Below, one piece after another: positions 42,790 to 52,777 of a stretch of 64,000 bases of DNA. Every line of letters starts with the position of its first letter. The first letter of the stretch is position 1. The notes below the pieces were generated by a model, which saw only the letters and a program-made list of their open reading frames with translations, was not told the DNA's origin and searched no databases. The stretch comes from an uncultured delta proteobacterium (lineage in GTDB: Bacteria > Desulfobacterota > Binatia > UBA9968), in the NCBI GenBank assembly GCA_963760795.1, contig CAVXEP010000032.1:448001-512000 (forward strand), read 5' to 3'. Both the position numbers and the translations under genes were made by a program.

Positions 42790-43311
42790 ATGACTGCTGC
42801 GGAATCGGCAAAAATACTCGTCAACGGATTGAAAGACGCAGGCATCGGCCTCATCGCCACATTGCCGGATATCAATTTGTCCGATTTGTTGCGCGAAGTT
42901 GAAGAAGCCAAGGATGTGATTCACGTGCCGCTTTGCCGCGAGGAAGAAGGCATGGGCATCTGCGCCGGCGGCTATTTGGTCGGCAAGAAATGCGCCGCGA
43001 TCATGCAGAACGGCGGCTTTTTTAACAGCGCCAATGCCATCGTCAGTACCTTGTTACAGTATCAAATCCCGGTGTTGCTGCTGATTTACTACGCCGGCGA
43101 TATCGGCGACCGGACTTTCGCCAGCACCGGCAGTATGACCGAGCCGGTGCTGCAAGCGCTGGGCATTCGTTACTACATCATGCGCGACATCGGCGATGCG
43201 CCGGAACTCATCAAACGCGGGCAAATCCTCGCCGAAGATGCCAGGAAACCGGTCGCTCTGTTGCTCACCAAGGAAGTGTTGGGACGGCGTCCAGCGCTGC
43301 AGTCGTTGTAA
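42790..43311 (+). CDS. sulfopyruvate/phosphonopyruvate decarboxylase alpha subunit-like (ComD-like)
   Basis: CREEEGMGICAG, MQNGGFFN, YQIPVL; TPP enzyme N-terminal domain. Confidence 0.8.
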   Translation: MTAAESAKILVNGLKDAGIGLIATLPDINLSDLLREVEEAKDVIHVPLCREEEGMGICAGGYLVGKKCAAIMQNGGFFNSANAIVSTLLQYQIPVLLLIYYAGDIGDRTFASTGSMTEPVLQALGIRYYIMRDIGDAPELIKRGQILAEDARKPVALLLTKEVLGRRPALQSL

Positions 43312-43327
43312 TAATTTTGTCACAACC

Positions 43328-43933
43328 ATGAAGCGATACGACTGCCTAAAAGCGCTGGCGTCTGAGGTAAAAGATGCTCTCGTGGTCAGTTCCGCCGGCG
43401 CCATGACGTTGGAGTGGAATTCATTGCACCCAAACGACGGCAACCTTCGCGTGCGTACCTTGGGGCTGTGCTCGTCGATCGCTCTCGGCATGGCGTTGGG
43501 GCTGCCGCATCGCAAGGTGGTCGCGCTCGACGGCGATGGCTCGTTGTTGATGAATCTTTGTTCGCTGCCGACGATCGCGCGGATGCGGCCAACCAATCTT
43601 GTTCACATCGTCTTCGACAATGAGGTCTACGAGGCGTCGGGCAGTAAAAAGACGGCTACCGGCGCGGGCGCCGATCTCGTCGGCATCGCGCGCGCCGCGG
43701 GGATCAAGAATTCTCAATGGGCGAAAACAGTTGACGAGTTCGCCAAGCTAGCGGCAGCCGCGCTACGTGGCAACGAGCTCTGCTTCATCGGCGCCAAAGT
43801 CAGCACCGAAAGAACCGCGGTGCCGCCGTTTCCCATCGATGAGGTTGAAAACAAATACCGCTTCATGCGTCATATCGAGAAGTCGGAGAAGATCGAGATC
43901 TTTAAGACCAATCTGCCGGCGAGCTACGTCTAA
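43328..43933 (+). CDS. sulfopyruvate/phosphonopyruvate decarboxylase beta subunit-like (ComE-like)
   Basis: TPP motif DGDGSLLMN...FDN. Confidence 0.8.
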   Translation: MKRYDCLKALASEVKDALVVSSAGAMTLEWNSLHPNDGNLRVRTLGLCSSIALGMALGLPHRKVVALDGDGSLLMNLCSLPTIARMRPTNLVHIVFDNEVYEASGSKKTATGAGADLVGIARAAGIKNSQWAKTVDEFAKLAAAALRGNELCFIGAKVSTERTAVPPFPIDEVENKYRFMRHIEKSEKIEIFKTNLPASYV

Positions 43934-43954
43934 TTGGCCTTTTTTCACAGCATC

Positions 43955-44971
43955 ATGAAGATCGATATTGAATTCAATTCCGGCGCCCAACTGCCGATGG
44001 ACGCCATCCCGGAGCTGGCACGCCAAGCCGAAGCGCATGGCTTTGACTGTGCATGGGGCGGGGAAGCGAATAACAAGGATCCGACGGTGATGCTGTCGGC
44101 GATTGCGGCGGTGACCCGGCAACTCAAAGTCGGCTCGGCGATCTATCATATTCTCGGCCGCACGCCGGCGACCTTGGCGTTGCAGGCGATGGGGCTCGAC
44201 GAACTGACCGGCGGGCGATTTTTACTGGGCATTGGCTCGTCCAATCCGACCATCGCTAAATGGCATGGCCAAACCTTCGATCATCCGCTAGGACGCGTGC
44301 GCGAATACATCGAAATTGTTCGGGCAGCGATGCGCGGCGAAAAACTCGCCTTCGACGGCAAGTATTTCACGGCGCAGAACTTCAAGATGGCGTTCAAACC
44401 TTCGGGGCGAACCCTGCCAATCTATCTGGCCGCGTTTGGTTCGCAGATGACTCGGCTCGCCGGGCGCATCGCCGACGGGGTCGTGATCAATATGGCGAAT
44501 CCGACCGAGATTCGCCGCATCGCCGATGAGGTGCGGGCAGGAGCGATGGAAGCCGGCAAGGATCCGGCGCAGATGGAGATCATCTGCAAGATTCGCTGCT
44601 CGATCGCGCCCAACTATGACACCGCCCGCGAAGCGCTGAGCCATGCGCTGACTTACTATGCGCTGGCCGATTATTATCGCGATCTGTTAGGACGAATGGG
44701 CTTTGCCAGCGAGGTCGAGGCCATGCGTTGGGCCTGGAAATCTGGCGGATTTCACGCCGCGCGCAAGCTGGTTTCCGATCGCATGTTCGCGAGCTTGCCA
44801 CTGGTCGCCGCGACTTCGGCCCAGCAAGTGGTTGAGCAGATCAAGCCCTATGTCGAAGCCGGCGCGACCCGTGTGATCTTACCCTATGTCGCGGCTTCAG
44901 ACGATGTGGTCGGCGAGATGAAGAGTTTTATCGACTACTGGAGCCCGGCTGTGACAACTTCTCTCGGCTAG
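43955..44971 (+). CDS. LLM-class flavin- or F420-dependent oxidoreductase
   Basis: AEAHGFDCAW, GRFLLGIG, PIYLAAFG, AGRIADG. Confidence 0.85.
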   Translation: MKIDIEFNSGAQLPMDAIPELARQAEAHGFDCAWGGEANNKDPTVMLSAIAAVTRQLKVGSAIYHILGRTPATLALQAMGLDELTGGRFLLGIGSSNPTIAKWHGQTFDHPLGRVREYIEIVRAAMRGEKLAFDGKYFTAQNFKMAFKPSGRTLPIYLAAFGSQMTRLAGRIADGVVINMANPTEIRRIADEVRAGAMEAGKDPAQMEIICKIRCSIAPNYDTAREALSHALTYYALADYYRDLLGRMGFASEVEAMRWAWKSGGFHAARKLVSDRMFASLPLVAATSAQQVVEQIKPYVEAGATRVILPYVAASDDVVGEMKSFIDYWSPAVTTSLG

Positions 44972-44994
44972 GCTAGCTAAACACGGAGTAACCC

Positions 44995-45396
44995 ATGCCC
45001 TTCGAACTGATCAACCCAGCCGGATTGGAACCGCCTGTCGGATATGCACATGTCGCAAAGATCACCGGCGGCACCATGGTTCATATCGCCGGCCAAGCGC
45101 CCTTCGATGTCCATGGCCAGGTGGTGGGGAAGGGCGATTTCGTCGCGCAATTCACCCAGGTCATGAGTAATCTCAAGACCGCAATCGAGTCGGTAGGCGG
45201 CAAACCCAATCAGTACGCGGTGTTGACCATTTATGTGACTCAACTGGAAGCCTATTGGGGTAACACCAAGCCTTTAGGTATGGCCTATCGCGCGGTGTTC
45301 GGCAAACGCTTTCCAGCGATTACGTTGGTCGAGGTCAAGCGCCTGTACAACCCCGATTGCATGTTGGAGATTTCCGCAATCGCGGTGTTAGATTGA
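44995..45396 (+). CDS. RidA/YjgF family protein
   Basis: GYAHV, IAGQ, PAITLVEVKRL, LEISAIA. Confidence 0.85.
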   Translation: MPFELINPAGLEPPVGYAHVAKITGGTMVHIAGQAPFDVHGQVVGKGDFVAQFTQVMSNLKTAIESVGGKPNQYAVLTIYVTQLEAYWGNTKPLGMAYRAVFGKRFPAITLVEVKRLYNPDCMLEISAIAVLD

Positions 45397-45553
45397 CTCG
45401 CGGCCGCTGAAGGATTTTTACTGCGCGATTTGACATGTTTTGCGCTCCATCAAACAAAACTAGCCCATTCTGCCGGCGTTGCCACCAATCATTTGGTAGC
45501 CAAATTACGCAGTTTCAACTAGTTAGTTGATTGGCCCGCCAATTGCTCATTGA

Positions 45554-45796
45554 ATGGCCATCATATTCCAAAGGTGGCTGCCTACTGACATGTTGCGTAC
45601 CGATGAGATTGCCTTACTGAACCAGCGCGAGCCGGATCTATTCGAAACCGTAACCGAGGAAGAGATCATATATCTCTGGCGTTCGATCAAGGGTCGCGGC
45701 CTTTCCGAGGACGAAGCCTGGCAGGCCGTGGTGACGGGAATGGCCCTCGACATGGCCTTTGCCAAGAGCAAGTGTTACGCCCAGACCGAGCATTAA
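45554..45796 (+). CDS. small acidic hypothetical protein
   Basis: 80 aa ORF (alternative start 45590) with gene-like codon usage; no recognised motif. Confidence 0.5.
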   Translation: MAIIFQRWLPTDMLRTDEIALLNQREPDLFETVTEEEIIYLWRSIKGRGLSEDEAWQAVVTGMALDMAFAKSKCYAQTEH

Positions 45797-45968
45797 AATA
45801 GCGACTTAGTATTCGCCTCTCCGAGTCATCTCAGCAAGTCCAGTTCCGCCAAACGCCGCTTCTGCACTCTGCGTTGAAGTAAGGCTTTGGCCTTTTCACG
45901 GGCCACACTTCATTGATTTTAGCGCATAAATCTGTTTGAATCTCCTGGTGTTTGATTAGGAGATTCCA

Positions 45969-46163
45969 ATGTCACGGATCACCGTCGAAGACTGTTTGGA
46001 CAAGGTTACGAATCGTTTTGAGTTGGTTATGCTGGCTTCGAAGCGAGCTCGCCATCTACTCAAGGGTGCCAAGCCGCTGATCGATTCCGAGAATCGCGAA
46101 GTCGTGGTCGCTCTACGTGAAATCGCCGCCGGCAGAGTGCGCAAGGTGCCGGAAAACCCGTAA
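45969..46163 (+). CDS. rpoZ: RNA polymerase omega subunit
   Basis: [31 protein letters not shown]. Confidence 0.96.
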   Translation: MSRITVEDCLDKVTNRFELVMLASKRARHLLKGAKPLIDSENREVVVALREIAAGRVRKVPENP

Positions 46164-46290
46164 TTCCCGAAAACTTAACTCAACCACCGTGGTCAAGCGG
46201 GCCTTGAGATCTATTTGCCTAGATCGAATCGAGGCCTTGGCGTGAGCCGCTAGATCGCGGTCTTTGGTGGTGAGGGTATTGACGCCGCTC

Positions 46291-47247
46291 ATGGCCGAAG
46301 AAGATAAAACTCCCCAAAACGAGCTTCCTTTCGCCGACTTCGATCTGCCCAAAATCGTCGATGAGGAAGAACCGGACAGCAGCCACAAGGCGCTGGTGCC
46401 GTTCGATCCGCTGCAACGTTACCTCGCCGAGATCCGCCGCTTTGCGGTGCTCAGCCGTGAGGAAGAGCATAAGCTTGCGGTCGAATACAAAGAGTTTGGT
46501 AATATTGAGGCGGCCTACAAACTTGTCACCGCCAACCTGCGCTTGGTCGTCATGATCGCCCGCGAGTACCAAAAATCCTTCAAGACACTGCTCGACTTGG
46601 TGCAGGAAGGAAATATGGGGCTGATGGAAGCGGTGAAGAACTTCGATCCTTACCGCGGCGTGCGTTTCCCATCCTATGCGGTTTGGTGGATTCGCGCCTA
46701 CATGATCCGCTACATCATGAACGATTGGCGCATGGTCAAGATCGGCACCACGCAAGCCCAGCGTAAACTGTTTTTCAATCTGCAGAAGGAAAAAGCACGC
46801 ATCGAGGCCGAGGGGTTGACGGTGGGACCGAAGCTGATAGCCGAGCGCTTGAACGTCAAGGAAGACGAAGTCATCGAGATGGAGCAGCGTTTGGCCAGCC
46901 GGGACTTGTCGGTGGACATACCGGTCGGCGACGATGGCGAGGCGACGCTGCTGCACTTCCTACCCGACAATAAGCAGAATCCGGAAGAAGAGTACGCCGA
47001 AAACCAGTACCAGCAGATGCTGCGGGAAAAAATGGCACAGTTCGCCACGGGATTGAAGGACAAGGAGCTGGTGATTTACCGCGAGCGTTTGCTCAACGAA
47101 GACCCGCTTACCCTGCGCGAAATCGGCGATAAATATGGCATCAGCCGCGAGCGCGTGCGCCAAATCGAAGAGCGTGTCAAGAAAAAATTAAAGACTTATC
47201 TGAGCAAGGAATTCAAAGATACCGCCGACACGGGCGGCGCCAGTTGA
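46291..47247 (+). CDS. rpoH: RNA polymerase sigma-32 family factor
   Basis: LVTANLRLVV, DLVQEGNMGL, RpoH box VKIGTTQAQRKLFFNL, ISRERVRQIE. Confidence 0.92.
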   Translation: MAEEDKTPQNELPFADFDLPKIVDEEEPDSSHKALVPFDPLQRYLAEIRRFAVLSREEEHKLAVEYKEFGNIEAAYKLVTANLRLVVMIAREYQKSFKTLLDLVQEGNMGLMEAVKNFDPYRGVRFPSYAVWWIRAYMIRYIMNDWRMVKIGTTQAQRKLFFNLQKEKARIEAEGLTVGPKLIAERLNVKEDEVIEMEQRLASRDLSVDIPVGDDGEATLLHFLPDNKQNPEEEYAENQYQQMLREKMAQFATGLKDKELVIYRERLLNEDPLTLREIGDKYGISRERVRQIEERVKKKLKTYLSKEFKDTADTGGAS

Positions 47248-47368
47248 CCGCGGCAAGGTTGTCGCGCCCATCTCAAACCATCGATCGTGTGGGCAAATTC
47301 GTGCGGTTCGCTTGCGAGGATCGGCGTCATTTGATAGCAAAATTAGATCGTCATTCGGAGGAACGTCT

Positions 47369-47821
47369 TTGCAGTTTGAAAAACAAGTAGAAATTCTCGC
47401 GCCCCGCGAAAAGGTCTGGAAGTTTATCTGGGATATCGACCGCTTTATCGCCTGCGTGCCGGGATGCAAGGATGCGAAAACCGTCGAAGAAGGTAAACGC
47501 TACTCGGCGACCATGGTGGAGCGGGTGGGTCCTTTCAAAGTCGAGTTTCCGACGACCATCGAAGTCTTGGAGCGCGAAGAACTGACCCACATCAAAGCCC
47601 AGGCCTCCGGTGCCGACAATAAGATCGGCAGCCGCATGAAGATCGATCTCGACGTCAATCTGCGCGAGGAAAACAACAAGACCGTGGTGAGTTTTATCGC
47701 CGGCGTGGATATCTTGGGCAAGCTCGCGGCCCTCGGCCATGGCATTATCAAACGCAAGGCCGATCAGGTGCTCGATGAGTTCGCCCAGGCGGTTAAAACA
47801 ACCTTAGAGGGAGACAAGTGA
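47369..47821 (+). CDS. CoxG/SRPBCC family protein
   Basis: APREKVW, ACVPGC, GKLAALG; TTG start after GGAGG. Confidence 0.8.
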   Translation: MQFEKQVEILAPREKVWKFIWDIDRFIACVPGCKDAKTVEEGKRYSATMVERVGPFKVEFPTTIEVLEREELTHIKAQASGADNKIGSRMKIDLDVNLREENNKTVVSFIAGVDILGKLAALGHGIIKRKADQVLDEFAQAVKTTLEGDK

Positions 47822-47822
47822 C

Positions 47823-48674
47823 ATGCTCAGAAGGTTTCGATTGGAAGAACCCGAAAGTGTCGCGGAAGTCTCCGAACTGCTCGGCCGCTTTGGCGATAGC
47901 GCGAAGATCTACGCCGGCGGCACCGAGCTCTTGTTGGCGATGAAGGAGGGGCTGATCCACTACGAACGGTTGATCAACGTCAAGCGGCTCAAGGGTCTCG
48001 GCGAAGTGGCCGGGGATAACGGCACGATCAAGATCGGCGCTCTATGCACCCACCGCCAGTTGGAAACCTCATCGCTGTTGCAAGAGAAATTACCGTCGCT
48101 GGTCAAGCTCGAACAAAACGTCGCTAATGTGCGCGTGCGGCAAGCCGGCTCCCTCGGCGGCAATCTGTGCTTTGCCGAACCCCACGCCGATCCGGGAACC
48201 CTGTTGATGGCGCTCGGCGCCAAAATGATCGCCGAGAAAACCTCCGGCAAGCGCGAGATCGGCGCCGAGGATTTTTTCGTCGACGCCTATGAAACCTCGC
48301 TGCAAGCCGATGAACTTCTTACCGAGATTCGCGTGCCTGCGCCCGGCGCCAACAGCCGCAGCGCCTATCTCAAGTTTGGTTATTTGGAACGGCCCAGCGT
48401 CGGTGTAGCCATAGCTTTGACGCTTAACGGTGGGAGCGTCAACGATGTCAAAATCGCCGTTGGCTGCGCCGGTCCGGCGCCCAAGCGCGTCGCCGAAGCT
48501 GAAGCTTTACTGAACGGCAAGAGCAAGGATGAGGCGGTGCGTCTATTGCCGCAGGCTGGGGGCATCGCCGGCCGCGCTTCCGAAGCGATCAGCGACCTGC
48601 ATGGCGCGCAGGATTATAAAGAACATATCGTCGGCGTGTTGTTGAAACGCGCGTTTAACAGCATCGTCAGTTAA
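47823..48674 (+). CDS. xanthine/CO dehydrogenase family FAD-binding (medium) subunit
   Basis: YAGGTELL, GSLGGNL, EPHADP, SDLHG. Confidence 0.9.
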   Translation: MLRRFRLEEPESVAEVSELLGRFGDSAKIYAGGTELLLAMKEGLIHYERLINVKRLKGLGEVAGDNGTIKIGALCTHRQLETSSLLQEKLPSLVKLEQNVANVRVRQAGSLGGNLCFAEPHADPGTLLMALGAKMIAEKTSGKREIGAEDFFVDAYETSLQADELLTEIRVPAPGANSRSAYLKFGYLERPSVGVAIALTLNGGSVNDVKIAVGCAGPAPKRVAEAEALLNGKSKDEAVRLLPQAGGIAGRASEAISDLHGAQDYKEHIVGVLLKRAFNSIVS

Positions 48675-48721
48675 GCTACGCTGCGCAAACGACGATATCG
48701 CAGACGACTGGAGATCTATTC

Positions 48722-49228
48722 ATGTCCAGAGCAATGACCCGACCCGCCGATACACAAACCATTCCGGTGTCCTTTACCCTTAACGGCAGATTGCAGGAAA
48801 TCGATGTCGAACCCAACGAGCTATTGCTCGATGTCGTGCGCGATCGTTTAGGCCTGACCGGTGCCAAGCGCTCCTGCGACGTGCAGGTGTGCGGTGCCTG
48901 CACCTTGTTGGTCGATGGCCGGCCGGTGAGCGCTTGCACGACCCTGGCCTTCGAAGTTCGCGGCCGTTCGGTCATGACGATTGAGGGACTAGCCGACGAC
49001 GGCAAGCTCCATCCGCTCCAGGAAGCGTTCATCGAGTATGGCGGTTTTCAATGCGGCTTTTGCACGCCGGGAATGCTGTTAGCGTCAAAGGCGCTGTTGG
49101 ACGAAAATCCCAACCCGACTGAAGAAGAGCTGAAACATTTCATGCACGGCAACCTTTGCCGTTGTACCGGCTATAAGAAGATTATCGAGTCGATCATGGC
49201 CGCTGCTAAAAAAATGCGGTCTCGCTAG
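48722..49228 (+). CDS. xanthine/CO dehydrogenase family [2Fe-2S] (small) subunit
   Basis: SCDVQVCGACT, QCGFCTPG, NLCRCTGY. Confidence 0.93.
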   Translation: MSRAMTRPADTQTIPVSFTLNGRLQEIDVEPNELLLDVVRDRLGLTGAKRSCDVQVCGACTLLVDGRPVSACTTLAFEVRGRSVMTIEGLADDGKLHPLQEAFIEYGGFQCGFCTPGMLLASKALLDENPNPTEEELKHFMHGNLCRCTGYKKIIESIMAAAKKMRSR

Positions 49229-49237
49229 AGCTCACTA

Positions 49238-49301
49238 TTACAAATTCCAAATCTCAGATTCCACATTCCGGATTTGGAATATGGAATTTGTAATCTGGAA
49301 T
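49238..49301. repeat. AT-rich palindrome of 7-mer tandem units (AAATTCC / GGAATTT) with TCCGGA core
   Basis: TTAC AAATTCC AAATCTC AGATTCC ACAT tccgga TTTGGAA TATGGAA TTTGTAA TCTGGAAT. Confidence 0.75.
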
Positions 49302-49325
49302 GCTAAACGCGCGCAGCGTGCGCGT

Positions 49326-50753
49326 TTAGTCCTCGATGCCGTATTCTTTCCACCGGCTCGCGACTAACTCCAGATGTTCCCTAGGCGGTAGCGATATCGC
49401 CGGATACTTGTGTTTTCGCGTGGCGTCGATGGCCATGCGCGAGCCGACGTAACGACTCGGATGATGCTGCAGCACATCGGCGGGAGCCTGGGATGGGTCG
49501 AGGCCGACGGCTTGGACATCGCGTTCGATATAGACATCTTTGTCGGGCCGGACATGCCAGCTCATCGCCCAATCCACCGCGAAATCATCCCACACGTCGA
49601 TGTCGTCGTCTACGATCACCGTAATCTTGCCGAAACCGGTACGCTGTGACCATGCGCCGTACATCAGCTGACGCACTTGGCCGACGAACTCTTTCTTGAG
49701 GGAAATGACGAGAAAGGCGCCGCTGCCGCCGGCTTCTTTCAGGCGCAAATCTTTGATGGGAATTCGCAGCGTGTCTTTGAGATGCTTGAACAACGGCCAC
49801 TCGCGGCCGATACCGCGGATGCAACTGGATTCCGACGGCGGCATCTGGCTGATGAACGCCTGATAGAGCGGTTGGTTGCGGTAGGTCATACATTTGATGT
49901 TGAAGTACGGTTCATTACCGGCCGGTCCCATGTAGCCCGTGTATTCGCCGAACGGTCCTTCGTGTTCGAAAGCATTGGGCGGAATCTCGCCTTCCAAGAC
50001 GATCTCTGCCGTGGCCGGAACTTCGAGGGGCACGGTCTCGCAGGGCACCATGTCGACAGCAGCACCGCGCAGCGCGCCAGCGACGGCGAATTCATCCAAT
50101 GCCTCGGACATTTTGGAAACCGAAACGTAGCCGATGGATGGATCGGCACCGATGACGACGGCCACCGGAGTCGGTTGGTTTTTGTCGTTGTTCTTGTACA
50201 TATGCCAAGCCATATCCTGGCGCTTGCCGATCAGCAGCCCGGTTTTGTTCGGCCCTTTGACTTGCATACGATAGGTGCCGACGTTACGCACGCCGGTTTC
50301 GGGATCCTTGGTGATCAGATAGGGCGACGTGAAAAATGGCGCGGGATCTTCGCCGACGGTCCAGGTGGGCACCGGTAGTTTGGTGATGTCGACATCTTTG
50401 CCGTGCAGGATGTTTTCTTTGCAGGGCGCATCCTTGGCTGAAACCATGCGCGGCGGAATGGGATTGCCCAGGGCATGGTCCCATTTACGGTTGATGCCTT
50501 CGACCGTTTCGGATTGCAGGCCCAGAGCATAAATCTCGCGCGACGCGCCGAGCACGCCGGCGACGACGGGAATATCGAAGCCTTTGACGTTTTCGAAGAC
50601 CAGCGCCGGCCGTTTGTTCGGTGGGATTTTCTTGAATAGCTGGCGGCAGACCGCGGCGATTTCCCAGTCTTTATCGACTTCCTTAGTGACGCGCTTCAAC
50701 TTGCCATGTTTCTCCAGCGCCGCGACATATTCGCGCAGATCGGCGTAAGCCAT
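49326..50753 (-). CDS. UbiD family decarboxylase
   Basis: NVGTYRMQ, AEIVLEG, EGPFGEYTGY, VDDDID. Confidence 0.92.
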   Translation of the reverse strand: MAYADLREYVAALEKHGKLKRVTKEVDKDWEIAAVCRQLFKKIPPNKRPALVFENVKGFDIPVVAGVLGASREIYALGLQSETVEGINRKWDHALGNPIPPRMVSAKDAPCKENILHGKDVDITKLPVPTWTVGEDPAPFFTSPYLITKDPETGVRNVGTYRMQVKGPNKTGLLIGKRQDMAWHMYKNNDKNQPTPVAVVIGADPSIGYVSVSKMSEALDEFAVAGALRGAAVDMVPCETVPLEVPATAEIVLEGEIPPNAFEHEGPFGEYTGYMGPAGNEPYFNIKCMTYRNQPLYQAFISQMPPSESSCIRGIGREWPLFKHLKDTLRIPIKDLRLKEAGGSGAFLVISLKKEFVGQVRQLMYGAWSQRTGFGKITVIVDDDIDVWDDFAVDWAMSWHVRPDKDVYIERDVQAVGLDPSQAPADVLQHHPSRYVGSRMAIDATRKHKYPAISLPPREHLELVASRWKEYGIED

Positions 50754-50916
50754 GAATCCTCCCTATCACCCAAAGAGAAAAGATTCTTTGATACTAAACA
50801 GAAAATCGTTTAACTATCAACGATTCCAATATGAAATGATTTGTCGAAGAGTCGCGAGAGTCGCACGTTGCGCTGGTGCGCCCGGAAAAAACTTGCGGTG
50901 ATGAAGTGAGGTTTGT

Positions 50917-51841
50917 TTAGGCGCGGATCTCGGCGCGCATGAAGATTATGTAGGAAATGCCGAAACAGACCGCCACCAGCGCGAACATGGTGGTGATATG
51001 GGGCCAGATCAAGCGTCAAGCTCTGATCGAGTGCCAACGGCGTCGGCAAGATGCCTTCGGCCTGGCTTTGCAGCGCCATGCCGAACACCCGGGCCGCAGG
51101 ATTAAGCAGAATGCCGACGCTTTCATTGAACAAAGTACTGGGCGAGATACGCCCGACGATGTTTTCGATATCTGATTTGCGCGCCAGCGCCTCCGGCGTG
51201 CTAGCGTCGGGAACGACCATGCTGGCGACGGCGCCGCTGATCACAGCGACGAACAGCGAAAGAAATAACCAGACCGCGATCGAAGCGAGCGCCGCGGTGA
51301 CGGTTTTCTGAAATAGCAGCGAAAAAAGCATTGCCAGCGCCAGCCAAAAGCCGACGTAAAAGACGCCGACCATGGTGAAGATGATCATGCGCCAGAGCTC
51401 TTCGGCATTGGGTGGGAAGCCCAATAGGGTTATGCCCAGCCCGATCACCAGGAGTAGAATCGATCCCCATAATACCCCGACGGTGGTCAAGCCGGCGAAG
51501 AATTTGCCATTGATCAAACTGTCACGGTAGATCGGCTGGGAGAGCACCCGGCTCAGGGTGCCGCGGGCGTATTCGCCGCTGATCGAATCGAAGCCCAGAG
51601 TGATGCCGACCAGAGGGCCGAAGAAACCCAAGAAGGTCGCCAGAGAAAATAACGTGTCGCCGCTGGAGGTGAGCAGAAGTAAGAAGACATACTGGGTCGG
51701 CACGGTATCGGTGTTGGCGCGGATCGCTTGTCCGGTAGCATAAGCCGCCCAAAGCCCGGAGAAGACGATGAGGATCATCAGGATCATGAAACGCCGGCTG
51801 CTAAAGTGATCGGCAAGCTCTTTCCAGAACACCACGCTCAT
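50917..51841 (-). CDS. ABC-2 type permease (C-terminal frameshift)
   Basis: VFWKELADHF, GFDSISGE, QPIYRD, FMRAEIRA-stop at 50917. Confidence 0.85.
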
Positions 51842-51843
51842 TT

Positions 51844-52777
51844 TTACGCCTCGCGAAAGTACTTCAAATAAATCTCTTCAAGGGTCGGGTCTTCGGAACG
51901 CAACTGCAGCAGGCCGAGGCCGCGGCGGGTCACCGCGCCAACGATTTCACCGCGCACGTCTTGTGTACAGCGGAGAAACCAGCCATGGCTACGTTTCTCG
52001 ATTTCATCGACGCCGACGATGCTCTGGAGTTCTCGATCGAAGCCATCGACGTTGCCGGTCACTTCGAGCAGAAAATTCCAATTGCGGCCTTTTAAGATCG
52101 TTTTGCCCAAGGTATCGGTTTCGCCTTGGACGATCAGCTTGCCTTTGACGATGATGCCGACCCGGGTGCAAATCTGCTGCACCTGTTGCAATTGATGCGA
52201 CGACAGCATGACCGTCAGGCCATGCTCGTCGATTCAAGTTCTTGATCAATTCTAAAATGCGGATGGCGCCGTCGGGGTCGATGCCGAGGGTCGGTTCGTC
52301 GAGAATGATCGCCGTGGGTTTCTTGACCAATACCTCGGCTATGCCAAGGCGCTGCTTCATGCCGCGGGAAAATTCTTTTACCAGGCGGCGGCCATCTTCG
52401 CTGAGACCGACTTGCTCAAGCACCTCGGAGGTGCGCCGGTGTGCTTCCTCTTCCGGGATGCGGTTGAGCCGAGCCATGTAGAGCAAATTTTCGCGCGCGC
52501 TAAGATCGTCGTAGAAGCCGGGACTCTCCGGCAAATAGCCGACCCGTTTTTTGACCTCGATAGACTCGGTGGTCGGGTTGAAGCCGCACACCGAGACTTG
52601 GCCGGATGTCGGTTCCGTCAAGCCCAGGAGCATCAAGATGGTCGTGGTCTTGCCCGCGCCATTGGGGCCGAGAAAGCCGAAGATTTCGCCCTCCTCAATC
52701 GTCAGATTAAGCGCGTTGACCGCGAGTTTTTCGCGGTAGCGCTTGCTGAGATTTTTGGTGTCGACAACCGTGCTCAT
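51844..52777 (-). CDS. ABC transporter ATP-binding protein (frameshift near 52225)
   Basis: GPNGAGKTT, FSRGMKQRL, ILDEPT, SSH. Confidence 0.9.

Noticed and set aside
42790-43933. Coenzyme M biosynthesis
   Set aside because: No comA, comB or comC in the window; ComDE-like proteins also occur in catabolic contexts.
45400-45960. Possible ncRNA or tRNA upstream of rpoZ
   Set aside because: I found no cloverleaf or recognisable RNA motif; a small ORF explains part of the region.
47369-49228. Aerobic CO dehydrogenase call
   Set aside because: No large subunit is present, so the diagnostic active-site motif cannot be checked; only the family is supported.
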